64,000 nucleotides of DNA from Convolutriloba macropyga. Taxonomy: Eukaryota. The position numbers and the translations under genes were made by a program. Where the stretch lies: assembly GCF_964194025.1 (NCBI RefSeq), contig NC_134476.1, forward strand, positions 12,896,001 to 12,960,000. Direction: 5' to 3'. Shown here one piece after another: positions 25,491 to 38,064 of this stretch. Position 1 is the stretch's first letter, and every line of letters starts with the position of its first letter. The notes under the pieces are model-generated. The model did no database searches. It was not told the DNA's origin and was given only the letters and a program-made list of their open reading frames with translations.

Positions 25491-26554
25491 CCAGTTTCGC
25501 ACTCTATTTTAAAATTAGAGCGAAAAAAATTCACGCCGCAAAACCACTCGCTTTTTCGCTCCATTTCCCGTTTCGGCGTGACCAAAATCACTACTCCAAT
25601 TTGATTTCAAAAATCATGAAAAGGTGTGAACAGATCTTAGAAAAAAAAGACAGCGCCCCAATACAATTCAAATTCTTTGAATTGTAAAAAATAGGAGCGC
25701 TATAATAGCCGGCTGAGATGAGGGCGGCTATTAATAATTAGATAGTTCTGTTGATCTAGAACAGGAGCTATGACCTTTTGAATTCTGATCCTCTCCGGAA
25801 CAACCACGAGACAGATGCGCGTGCACTCCCTACGCTCTATTATGAGTTAGGTCGTGAAAGTTAGTGAGTAGGCGCAACTGGGATGAATTTTCTGCAAAAT
25901 ACTTATATTTATCATCTTGACCCCTCATTTTGTTCGGGTGACCACTGCTCACCATTAAGTTCAGTTGATGAAGTAACTCATGAATTTAACAGATAATAAT
26001 TACAGATTTTGATAGCGGAAAAGGAGTGATAAGTGCTTTTCAAACCAACGTTCATTCTTTACTGAGCAAACAGTGATTGAAATGTGCATTTTTGGCCGGC
26101 TTAAGCAGCTTAGGAAAAATCTTTTCCATAAACGATTTACGAGAATAGAACATTCAGAGTCACGGCGGCAGCTAACTTAACAATAACATTTAGATTTTCT
26201 CGTTGCCTAGGGATTTTTTTTGATGTAGCTTACTTAAAACCAAACTAACTTCATCTAATGAAGTTTGTCTCAGAAACATTAATTTAAAACCAGGCTTAAT
26301 GGGGGTGGGGCAACTTATTCAATATTTATTTTGGAGCAGACAGAGCAAATTTGAAGGTAATGAATTATTGCACAAATCTAACAATGCTATTTACTTATTT
26401 GCTTTGTTTTTCTTTTAGTATCATTCAGAGTTCATAAGTTTGCCTTTAGTCTCCAACGCTTGCTTGGAATTTTTAAGGTAGCAAGTTTCTTCGCAGTTGT
26501 TACAGATGTTTTCGAAGATCTTCATATCTTTGCAGGTATGAAAATATAAAACAG

Positions 26555-26766
26555 CAATTTCGGCGCACTTATCATTCAACTTTTAGTTTTAAATTGCCGC
26601 CAAATGAGTTTAGCTACTTGAAATTGTGAATGAGGGAGAACTTTAGTTCACGCAAAACGCAGAATGTCAAGGGCGTAAAAGTCACTCGAAACGTCAAAAA
26701 ACGGTCAAGCAAAAAATTTTGCATAAAAAAGACACACACGTTTACAATTGGTTCTCTTCGAGAGTT
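26555..26766. mobile_element. HINE-like family partial copy
   Basis: Matches 18826-18995 (TTTTAG..TTAAATTGCCGCCAA...CACGCAAAA...AAAAGTCACTCG). Confidence 0.6.
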
Positions 26767-27018
26767 AATAATATATTGTTCCAATTTAATTGTTCCTTCG
26801 TGTTGGATTAATTCATTGTTCCAGCTTCGTGTTGGAACAATTAATAAGCAGGTTAAGTATATATTCCACTGAACTATCAATCTTGCGCAAATCAAACTAC
26901 TGAAAGTTGATTTTTCCAAGAACCCTTCTAACTATCCCGATACTCATGTTTTCCATTGTACTCATTGTTATCGTTTTACAGATATGAACAAACTATCTTT
27001 TAGCGTTTCATTTCCTAC

Positions 27019-27206
27019 CTGGGAACTCTGTCTGTAGTTGCGCAGAGTAGTGGTCAAGGACATCCGAGGTGCGACTCCAGTCTTCCTGGATAGTCTCCCA
27101 GTCTTCACATCGTAACCACCGGCTACTCTGGCACGCTAACTGGCACATTTCCACTCTGTGCTTGGCTGCAATCAACCCTTTCTTCCCGTACTTATCGTGC
27201 GCTGGA
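27019..27206 (-). CDS. NMNAT: NMNAT exon 2 (absent from the ORF track)
   Basis: Manual translation: (S)PAHDKYGKKGLIAAKHRVEMCQLACQSSRWLRCEDWETIQEDWSRTSDVLDHYSAQLQTEFP; CAG acceptor and GTAGG donor; phase fits exon 3. Confidence 0.95.
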
Positions 27207-27786
27207 CTGTGTCAAGTATTGTTTCCATTGTTAAAAATTGAGTAAAAACTTAAACAAAAAAATGGTAAATTTCTGAAGGTTACACACTATTCTGTCCACT
27301 TAAATTAGTCCAAAACCAAAAGCGGATATAAAAAAATTCCTCAATCCAACTCCTCAAGTTGCGTCATAAGTAAACACAAATATTGCACAAATTATTCCTT
27401 GTTTCCGCTAAAAAAATATGACCACTTAATTGGTATTTAACTTTATATACTTCGTACTTTTATACAGCGTTCCATTGCACTTTTTACACATCGTTTGGAA
27501 ATTCAAATCTAATCATTGTGCCCTTAAAAAGTATTTACCGATTTATTGTGGAGTCCCACCTTTCACAAGGCTATTACCAATGCAAAGCCTCCGCGCACTA
27601 CCTTGTTCACACCGGCTAATCAAAACAATTTTATTCGCATTAAAAGGAAGCATATTCATATGATTGCTTAATCTTGATAGCTCTAAATTATAAATACTGT
27701 TTGTAAATTGGTTCAATTCCAGTTCTTACTAAAATAAACACTAATTTCCGATCGACAACCAGCTTTTTATGGTGTGGAAACAATTC

Positions 27787-27932
27787 CTCATTATCCCAAC
27801 TTTGACTGTGTGGCCAGCCTTTTCCAGAGCAAACTTGGCAGTCTCAAACAGGCGGAGATGCATGTTAGTCGGAGGGTTGAAACACCCGAACTCTATCAAG
27901 GCTATTAGCATTCTTGATACACCAGTTCGCAT
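27787..27932 (-). CDS. NMNAT: NMNAT exon 1; spliced product about 221 aa
   Basis: GCFNPPTNMHLRLFE is the GxFxPxT/HxxH nucleotidyltransferase motif. The donor site is non-canonical or shifted (see findings). Confidence 0.92.
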
Positions 27933-28278
27933 TTCCTCTTTACAAAATGTGGAAATTATGATGGTTCAGATGTCATATCTAAAAATAGCTCAAATTTGCA
28001 TAAGAAGTTTTCACTACGCCTACCTGATGTTCGGTATCCCCAATCTCACGCAAAACTTTTAGCAATAAAATTACAAAAAAAAATTTAAAGTCACTGCTTT
28101 ACAACTTTAAAGTTGCACCAAACGATTTCATAAAAATGGTTTCTGGCCATTATGGACCCAGCAGCTCAAATATAGGCCCTAATTACCTAAAAACTGGAGT
28201 TGTCGATTGTCTTGAGTTTCTATAAAACGAAAATCGGATAAAACGCGTTCAATTTTGTTTCTTGATTAACCAGTCAGT

Positions 28279-28497
28279 TTAAGAATTGATTTTATCAGTT
28301 GAGAGGGTATAATTCTGCCATCCGTTACAATATGGCGAAAAATTGTCGTTGGTTCTCCGGCAGCATCTAACTAAAGCTTCAATCTCTCGTTCACATTTGG
28401 AGTGCTGGAACCGGTTCTGGTCCAGACATTTCTGGATATCACAGGCTAGCCTCTTACAAACTTCTGATGAGTAATCGCCCGATTGTTTAGATGGCAT
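28279..28497 (-). CDS. CMC4: Cx9C motif-containing protein 4 (p8-MTCP1-like), 72 aa
   Basis: CKRLACDIQKCLDQNRFQHSKCEREIEALVRCC...SPYCNGW matches the CMC4 cysteine pattern C.K.AC.IQKCL..N.....KC...I..L..CC.....S..C.G. Confidence 0.9.
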   Translation of the reverse strand: MPSKQSGDYSSEVCKRLACDIQKCLDQNRFQHSKCEREIEALVRCCRRTNDNFSPYCNGWQNYTLSTDKINS

Positions 28498-29559
28498 TCC
28501 ATTTGATCTTAAAGTCACAAATGGGAGGAGCTGCTCATTGCACGATTACGCAAGTTTTCGCAAATTCAACGCACGAATTAACCTGATATTAATATCATTT
28601 TAAATGTGATAGCGTTGATTGGCAAAATGTATGTTGTATTTGCATTTATGCGTTTGCCAAGATTGTATTTGATTTCGTAGCTGGTTACAAAAGAAATTAA
28701 AAATTGCACTTTTTTTTTGCAAACTTGAAGTTGAAATCATTACAAAGCCATTTGTTTAAATCAACGAGGATCGTCTAAGGAGGTTCGAAAACTGTTAGTC
28801 AAATACTACCATCACTCTCAATCAATTGCTTAAATTTGGGAATGAGATAGCGCTCTAGATCACGGAAAGCTAAAAAAGACAAGGGCGACAAAGACACGAA
28901 AGACTAAAAAGGTCCATCAAAACTTGCATAAAATACACACCACATTAATTGCTTCAAAAAGATAGGAATCTTAAAGTTTTGCGACTTTAAGGTTTGCTAA
29001 ATAATCGTGACTTCAACACTGTTATAATTCCAGGACGTTTTAAAGCTTTCTTAGCTTGCTACATGCCACCTGTTCATCTCTAGCTTATGAAATTAAAACA
29101 GCTGGATGCAGCTAGAATCCATGAACATAGGTCCCTGAACATGTATTTTTAGAACCTTGACCCAATTCATTTTACAAGGTTTATAGTTAAAAATGTGGCA
29201 AATTTTACGGTTTTTTTGAACAGACAATAAAATTCAATAAATGCCAAACATTCAGTAGTGGCGTGAGGCAGAAAACACAATTTCGCAAATTTTCCCTCGT
29301 TTCCACAAGCAGTGAGAATATTTTCCGGTGTTACTTGAACAAGTATAAAAAATTGGATCTGTTAAAACCTTCAGCAGTGAGATATCAGGTATTAATGAGG
29401 TAAAAATTGAACATTTTGCATCTATTTAATATACGAATAAAATGAGCCTCTTTTTGAAAAATCCTTAAATGATAAAATTTGGTTCCCGTACGTTGATTTT
29501 AAAATAGATAGAAAAAAATAATCTGATAGCAATTTGGCCGTAAAAAGCTTGAAAAGTTG

Positions 29560-32500
29560 CGGCACGTTTAAAGCCGCCATCTTTTGTGTTAAAACATTCA
29601 CCTAATTGTTGTGATAAACTTATTAAATAGCTTCAGATACTGCTTGAGACCTGGGCTCCTGCACCATGGTTAACCTTCAAAGCGCTATTGATCAACTGAG
29701 TATTGACAACCCCAGCCTGGCAAATATATTGTATGTTGTGAACAGTGAGATGACTGCTCTCAAGAAAGACATTCAGAGAAAAGATAAAGACATCGTGTAT
29801 CTCAACAACTGTATAGAGGACCTTTCCGAGAGAGTGCTACAACTAGAGCGCTACAGTAGAAAAGACTGTCTTATATTCAACAATTTTCCCTATGAGCCGA
29901 TATCTAACAAGACGCTGCAGGACCAAGTCATCAATTTCATCAACGACATCTTCAACTCAAATATCCCGCAGGAAAATCTGAAAGCCTGTCATTTCCTCAA
30001 GAGTGGAGTAGAAGGGCAGTGCTCGGTGATTGTTAAATTTGTTTATTTCGCTGACAAATTTTTTTTTTGTGGAGATCCCAATCATTTCTCTATGGAGTTA
30101 AGAACAGACGAAACCAACAGTTTATAAGCATGAAAGAGTGCCTCCCTGAAAAAGACAGGGAAATTCTACAGTATGCTGTAACCGACAAACATCTCAAAGT
30201 TTCTACTAATAACTGTGCTGTGAAAGTTGAAGTCACGAACAACGAAGGGAGACGAGAGTTTGTGGAGGTACGAACAGAAAATGACGTCGATAGATTTGAA
30301 AACGTGGCAACTAAGAGGAGGACTCAAAAACAAGTAAAATCTGTGCCGTCACAACCAATGGAAGTAAATGCATTCGGCAATCCGAATGTGCAGTCAAACA
30401 GATTCACTGCTTCAAGCCTTCAACTACCACCATTGACCTACCATCCCATTGCCAACTATCATCAACCAATAATCGGTAGTAAGAGAGCAAGAGAGCCTAC
30501 TCCGGCAGAGGACCGGTATGAGCAGCTACTCCAGGACCTAAGGGAAAAAGTATCAGACCCCGAAACATTGAAAGACTGTGCTGGGTATGGTAGGAAACTC
30601 TCCAAATCCTATAAGTTGCGCTGTAGATAATGAACATATCTCATCCAATGATACTTTTCGTGCTGAAATCTGTTAAGGTGCTACATATTAACACGCGTTC
30701 TCTCAGAAAACACTATAATGAACAAGAGGCACTTATAGTAAGTCAGCAACAATCTCCAGAAATCTTAAGTCTTACTGAAACATGGTTAAATCCTAATGAT
30801 GAACCTAACTGCTTCACTCTTCCAAATGACAAAGTGTTTAACAAAGCTAGAGACACTCGTGGGGGAGGCGTTATGATACAGTGTTTGAACTCTGTCTCTT
30901 TTATTGATGAATTTGACTCTCCGTTTGAAGAATGCCTTTTCCTAAAGGTCAAATACCATGGTAATATATTTTTGATAGCTGTGGTTTATAATCCACCGAG
31001 AATAAATAAACTGCTTTTTATCGATAAACTTGATCAATTTTTGGAAAGTTTATCGAAGGGTTTGCCTAACTTGATTATGGGAAACATCAACATAGACGTA
31101 CTAAAGCAAAACGATGCAACTCTAAGATATCTAGCAACTATAGATGCAAATGGATGCAACTTTTTAAACAACAAGATAACTCGTCCTGCCTCAAACGGAG
31201 GGTCATGCTTAGATCATGCTATCTGCATAAATTTTGATTTAGGGATGATCTCTGTTGAAGTTCTAATGCATGAAAATTATAGTGATCATTTCCCTGTGCT
31301 TTTCCAAGCGGATCTCAAATCAAAGAACCATCCTTCCAGTAAATATATTACTTTCAGAGACACCAGTTATCTAAAATCAAGTGAAAGCATCAATTCCTTT
31401 TGCGAGTGCCTTGTTCATGTTCTTAAAAACAAAGAAATAACTAGTTTTGGGACTTTTCATTCCACTTTTATCGAAAATTTAAACAAATATGCGCCGATAA
31501 AACGCGTAGCTCCATCAAAGGTTTTCTCAAGACCAAAATACTAAACTAACAGGAAAATTAATTTATTAAACAAGCGAAACCAAGTGCATTGTAAATGGAA
31601 AAATAGCAAAAACCCACAGTATCTTCAAACCTTTAAAGAAATCAGAGTACGTGTAGAAAATGAACTCAAAAAATCGAAGAAAAACTTTTATTTCTCTAAA
31701 TTCAATAAATGTATTGGTGATACAAAACAAATAAATAAACTCTTGAATGACTTGAGAGGTAAGAGTACTGATGCTCGTCGAATTGATCATCCCTGCTTAA
31801 AGACAGGCAGTATAATCAATGAAGACATCCAGATTGCTGAAAAATTCAATGAGCATTTCTCTAATATTGCGCAGACATTGCATGGCACTATAAAAGAATC
31901 AAATGTCAGTGCTACACAGTTGTTAGAGTGTAATGGATTTTCATTTTGGCTGAGACCCACAACTATTTCGGAAATAGAAAACATCATTCAAGATCTCGAT
32001 AACAAAACCTCATCTGGTGCTGATCACGTAAGCAATATAATCGTTAAAAGCTGTTACCGGCAAATAGCGCCTGTTTTGTCTGGTGTTATCAACAGTTCAT
32101 TCAAAACAGGCATTTTCCCACCAGAGTTGAAGCAATCAATTATAATACCACTTCACAAAGGTGATTGCAAAAGCGATCTGAACAATTATTGTCCCATTTC
32201 TCTTCTAATGGTTTTCAGCAAAGTGTTTGAAAGAGCAATGTACAACAGAGTACACTCATTTGTCGAAAGTTTTGATCTTCTGCATAAAAAGCAGTTTGAA
32301 TTTCGAAAAAAGCATTCGACAGTCGACGCTATTGCAGAAATCACGGAAAAAGTAAGAGAAAACTATCAATCAAATCACATGATTACTTTATTTTTGGATT
32401 TATCAAAAGCCTTCGATTGTATCGATCACGCCATTTTGTTGAAGAAGCTAGATTTCATTGGTATCAGAGGACCATGCAAAGAATGGATGAGCAGTTACTT

Positions 32501-33600
32501 AAAATATAGAATGCAATTTGTTTCCTGCAATGGCGTTTATTCTGACCAGAAACCAATTGTGGGATACACCAAGGGTCAGTATTGGGTCCTCTTCTTTTTC
32601 TGCTCTACGTAAATGATTTACCGCATGTTTGTAAGACCAGTGAAGTTTTTCAGTTTGCTGATGACACAAACGTAACTGCCATCAAGTGCTCCCATGAAGA
32701 ATTAACGGCAGACATCAAATCTGTGTCCAATTGGCTCGATAGCAACAGGCTTAAACTAAATATCAAAAAAACAATACAGGTCAACATATCACTAGGAAGT
32801 GCCTCTAGTTCACCCCTTGTTCTGAACGGTGTTGAAATGAAAATAAAAAACTTGTCGTGTCGTTATTTAGGCGTAATCATTGACAATAAACTATCATTCA
32901 AGCAGCATGTAAATTGCATTATCAATAAACTCAGTAGACAATGTGGAATACTGTGTAAGTTAAGACACTACGTTCCCCAAATGCTTTTTACTACAGTACT
33001 ATCAAATGAATATAAAGCCAATAATTCAATATGGCCCTTTAGTATATGGCTGTACATCTTATACAGCCTTTGTTCCTATTGGAGATATGCAAAGAAAAAT
33101 TATGCGTATAATTCATTTTAAATCTTTCAAAGAGAGCGTTACCAAGACAATGCTGGAAACTAACACACCGACAGTTCATGAACTTTATGTTTACGAGTTA
33201 GTTAAGGTTTTTTCCCGATCTATCCTCAAGATGCACGCAGAAAGTTTTCTTAATAATTTATTTTCTTTTGAAAAAACAAGCATTTATTCAACCAGAAGAT
33301 CAACTAAAAACTATCTAAGTGTTCCAATGACAAAAAACAAACTACAGCGCTGCTCTATGAAGTATCGTGGAAGTAAACTGTATAACCTTTTGCATGAAAA
33401 TTCCATCATCGACGGTGAAGACCTTACAAATCAAAACATTTCGTCGACTGTTCATAGGATTTAAGATAATTATATTTTAGGAAATCAAGAGCTGTCAAGG
33501 GAAGTCTTCGGTCTGTAGTCGTAGAAATAATCATTAGCCAGTATTCAGTTATCTATGATAGTTTCTAAGACCCTTTCTTCCTTAAATATAATTAATCGAA
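29560..33600 (+). mobile_element. CR1/L2-type non-LTR retrotransposon 2, near full length, lightly degenerate
   Basis: ORF1 29666-30630 (frameshift in a T run at ~30060); ORF2 ~30630-33518 with APE (LTETWL, YNPP, SDHFP) and RT (PISLL, FLDLSKAFD, FADDT, YLGVIID). Boundaries approximate. Confidence 0.93.
29573..29583 (+). promoter_or_regulatory. YY1-like motif at the probable 5' end of LINE 2
   Basis: GCCGCCATCTT matches the CCGCCATNTT consensus and lies ~85 bp upstream of ORF1. Confidence 0.3.
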
Positions 33601-34678
33601 AAGTTTTTGGGCTAATTGTTGGAAACCCTGTTATCCTTGATGCGTGCTTTGCAAATTAAGATGATCTTAACAAAAAATAGTTGCGTTGCCTTCGTAGAAG
33701 GCACCGCGGTTCGATTTCGGCAGTCAAAATTTGATTTTTCTAAGTTCTAAAGATGTTTTTTTAGGAGTTTTTGTCTTCTAATATGGAATTTTGTCAACAA
33801 TTCCCTTTTTTCTCTCCTTATTACTGAACGAAGTTTGTGTGTTCTCTTAAGTCAGCTCTTAAATACCATAGAAGCCGGAAAACAGAAATGAGTTGTTATA
33901 ATATTTTTAAATTTTGAATGAATCACATTTTGTTTTGGAAAATTCAGTTTTTTAATTACGTTTTTCGTCAATGATGAAATTAAAAATGTTTCTCGTTCTT
34001 CTGGGCACGCTGTGAAGTAGGTCGAACGACCTCGTTGCGTGTCCTGTCCTTGCTTTAAGTTCAATATACTCTGCTGATTATGCTATTTTATTTAATTTTT
34101 GTTATTTTGTATTTAATTTAATTATACTTGCAAGCGAGGATAAATTAACTCTCTCTCTCTCACGTGCACATTTTAAAATGCCGAAAGTCTGCAGTGCCAG
34201 AAGTTGAAACGCCAGAAGTTGACTTCCGTTGACTTTCTTCATTTTCAAACGTGCTATTTTAGTGTTTTAAGCATGGCTAAGTGACTTTGCAGAAGTCACT
34301 TTGAAATTCTGATTTAATATCTCGAAACGCTTCGCGGTTCTCGATAAACGCCAGAAGTTTGCAGTGACTTCAAGCAGAGTCACCTAACTATTACTAAACA
34401 ATCACCCAGTAGCCGTCCTGGTTTCAGAATTGCTTTTTGCAAATCTATTTCATAACTCTTAAGAAGAAAAGGCATAAAAGTGTATGAAATTGTAAGGTGC
34501 CAATTAAACCAGATTAGTTGATATTGTGATCAGGCAGCTTCTTCATCCAATAAGAGCGGATCTAATTATCTATCAAGGGATAAGTTCAAGTGTACTCCCA
34601 ATGAACACGTAAAAAACATCCTCGCTATGGAATCGCAGCTACTGGTCAAGAGACCATGAACTGACCAACGTCGGACGA

Positions 34679-35023
34679 GTTGCTCTCTAACGACAGGCGG
34701 GACAATTTGATTGAGAGGGGCTAGTCTAGATAACAGAGATGTCTAGGTAACTTATGGGTGCGAAAAACCCTAACTCCAGAGGTTTAAGGCCGCAGCCTCC
34801 GGGATAGTATTCTGCGCCCGCAGCCATTAAGCTATCCCGGCTTTGCTAGCGAACCGCTTACAATCGCAATGCGAGCACTGTCTATCAAGAAAAATTAAAA
34901 AGAGAAGCATGAGAAAGTCCTTCGAGAGCGAAAAAGTTTCTGAACAAAAGCGCAAAAACGGCCAACAGAAATTTTGGATGGAAAAAAGAGATACGCGTTT
35001 TCAAAGTTAGTTCGAGAGCAATT
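34679..35023. mobile_element. HINE-like family copy with a second, more degenerate tRNA-like interior
   Basis: GTTGCTCTCTAACGACAGGCGGG start as at 15970; ends GTTCGAGAGCAATT; minus strand GCCGGGATAGCTTAATGG (A-box-like) at ~34841-34824. Confidence 0.6.
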
Positions 35024-38007
35024 AAAAAATAACTTTGTATAACCCAAGGAGGAGCAAAAACCTATTTTTATATTTTTTTTTTTACAAAAATCGTTTTCAG
35101 CTTACCACTAACACTTCAAGTACAACCAAGAGGCGTTGACAAAGTTGACAAAATTTAATCAGACAAAGGTGGGGATTCGGACAAATATTCTATACTCATA
35201 GCTTTAATGGTGAAACACCAATAAGAACAGTATTATCAGTTGCAACTCTTAAATTCTGCCCGAGAAACTGTTGGGAGTAACCGAAAGCAACTTATATACG
35301 CTGGAGAAAACTACTTGAACGTTTGGTCCAAAACACAAAATACACAAACAAATACCAAGACGCAAACACTAAGACCAGAACCAGAGGACAAAAAATTTAT
35401 TGGTCAATTGGTCACTACTCAAGGATCGTCACTGTTCATTAACGTCTTCTGTTTTCTCTGAGAAACTAGGTGTGGACTTTTTGAGGCTATTATATCGGTA
35501 ACAGTAATTTTGACAATAAACTTTGAAACGTAACTTTTCAATTTCGATATTTCATGAGCACGACGGACAATTAAATTTTTTATATCTTAGAGATGTGTAA
35601 TTAGCGAGAACAAAAATCACATAGTTTTGGCATTAAACATATTTATATCCGCAGTGTGGGGCAAACAATAAGTAATTATTATAATTTTTCTTTCTGACAG
35701 TTTTTGCACTCTGCCTCTATTTGTGTCTAACATTTAAAAAAACCTCTCTCACACTAACTATACCTTTCTCCCTCTCAATACACACTTACTAGTCAAAAAA
35801 AAACAAAACCATGAATATACCCGGACAAGCGCGCGCACGCAAACATACAAACCTCACCAGCACCAATCTTTTTAAAATTTTCAAAATTTGTCACCGTTCA
35901 TAAATGGCTTGACAGTTTTTTTTCGGGAAAACTAGGTGTGGACTTCGGGAAAAAAGAACAGTATTTTGGGTTGCTTATTGACCTACTTGATCATATCGAA
36001 AGTACCATACGACTTTTCACTAATCAAGAAACTTCAAAATCATGGACAAAGCAGGGTCGTCAAACGTTTGAGAGGGCGATAACCCCCATGTGGTAATTTT
36101 TTCAACCCATTTTCTTTACAATTTCAAACTTACACAACTCATTGGAAGTTGTGTTGATTAGATTACGGGTTCATGCCCAACTTTTATCACCATAATGGCG
36201 CTGAAACAGTGGCTTAACCTAACAGGACGGCTCGCGCGAGTCGGTGCCTAGCACAGAATGTTCCAGCACACCTTTGAAGGTTGCAAAAACAACTATCCAA
36301 TTCTGCAAGAGAAACTGTTGGGAGTTTCCGAAAGCAGCTTATATATGTTGGAGAAAATTATTTCCACTTTCGCTCCAAAACACACATTACACAAACTTAT
36401 AGCAACACGCAAATACAAAGCCCAAAACCAGATGATATTTTTATATTTCTATTGGTCAATTGGTCACTATTCAAGGTTCGTCACTGTTTATTTACCTCTT
36501 CTTTGTTTTCTTTCAGAAACTAGGTGTGGACTTTTTGAGTCTATTGTATCGGTAACAAAATTTTTGACACTAAACATTGAAACATAACCTTTCAAAGTTT
36601 CAATTGTGATATTTTATGAGCACGACGTACAATTAAATTTTTTACATCTCAGATGTGTTATCAGCGAGAATAAAAATCACATAATTTTGGCATTAGACAT
36701 ATTTATATCCGCAGTGTGGGGCAAACAATAAGTAATTATTATAATTTTTCTTTCTGACAGTTTTTGCACTCTGCCTCTATTTGTGTCTAACATTTTAAAA
36801 AACCTCTCTCACACTAACTATACCTTTCTCCCTCTCAATACACACATACCAGTCACATAAAAATAAAATCATGAAAATACCCGGACAAGCGCGCGCACGC
36901 AAACATACAAACCTCACCAGCACCAATCTTTTTAAAATTTTCAAAATTTGTCACCGTTCATAAATGGCTTGACAGTTTTTTTTTCGGGAAAACTAGGTGT
37001 GGACTTCTTGAGGCATGTGTATTTCGATAAAATTAATGTAAAATCGGTATACCTTTTTCGATGATTTAGAAAAAAAATTATCGATTCTGATGTTTCATGA
37101 ACTTAATACCCCACTTTTTTTTCAAAAATGCCCAGAAGTGTTAAAAAGATTTAATAAACACATTTTTGTCTCAAAATATTTGAAACATTGTTATTAACTT
37201 AATTTTCTAACTTAAGTAACTTTCTAACTTTTATACTTCTGAGAGTTTTTGCACTCTGTCTTAAGTCATTTTTAACATGTAAAGAAAAGTTGAAAGCTGT
37301 TCGTTAATAACTTTAGTAGCTTTGAGGAAAATTGTTTATCAACAAATTTAATGTTTTGGCCTTCTTACCAAGGAAAATTTAATAAATTGTTTTGATAACT
37401 GAAAAAGTTCTCCAATTACTTCAAAAGAATTTTTCGTTTTTCATAAGAGGAATTTGGCAATCAATGAAATGAATTAGTTCGATTAAAAGAGAATTGTTTT
37501 GCAAACACAGCTCCAGAGTTAGGGAAAGAATACATTTTTCTGATCATAGTTTTACTACAGTTTCAAAGTGTACTTTTGCTATGTTGAAGCTTTAAATTCC
37601 CTGAAATCTTCTACTACTCTTAAATTTTGATACAGCGAAAAAAGGTTCGTGCAATAGCTTTACCAACAGAAAACAGACGGATAAAATTAATTTTTAATTA
37701 AAACTTTAGGAAAAAAACGAAATTCAATTTTTGAACATTTTTCGGGCATATAGTTCAAATTATTATTTTTTAGGCTTTAAACTGTTATGAAATATTGAAA
37801 GGTCCCCATAACTTAAATCAAATTTACTACAAAATTTCTTGTTTAGTTCTATCTCAAACTTCAATGCGATCTGTTACCCCCCCCCCCCCCCCTCACATCG
37901 AGCAATCGTTAAAGAACTAGATCCTGAGGGCTACAAAATAAAGGCTTCCTTTTTTCTAAACAATGCGCTAAAAAAATGAAAATTTGACTGAAGAAAAAAG
38001 CCAGCCT

Positions 38008-38064
<57 letters not shown>

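Noticed and set aside
33680-33740. B-box-like GGTTCGATT after LINE 2
   Set aside because: No A box or cloverleaf visible; may be a SINE remnant but cannot be supported.
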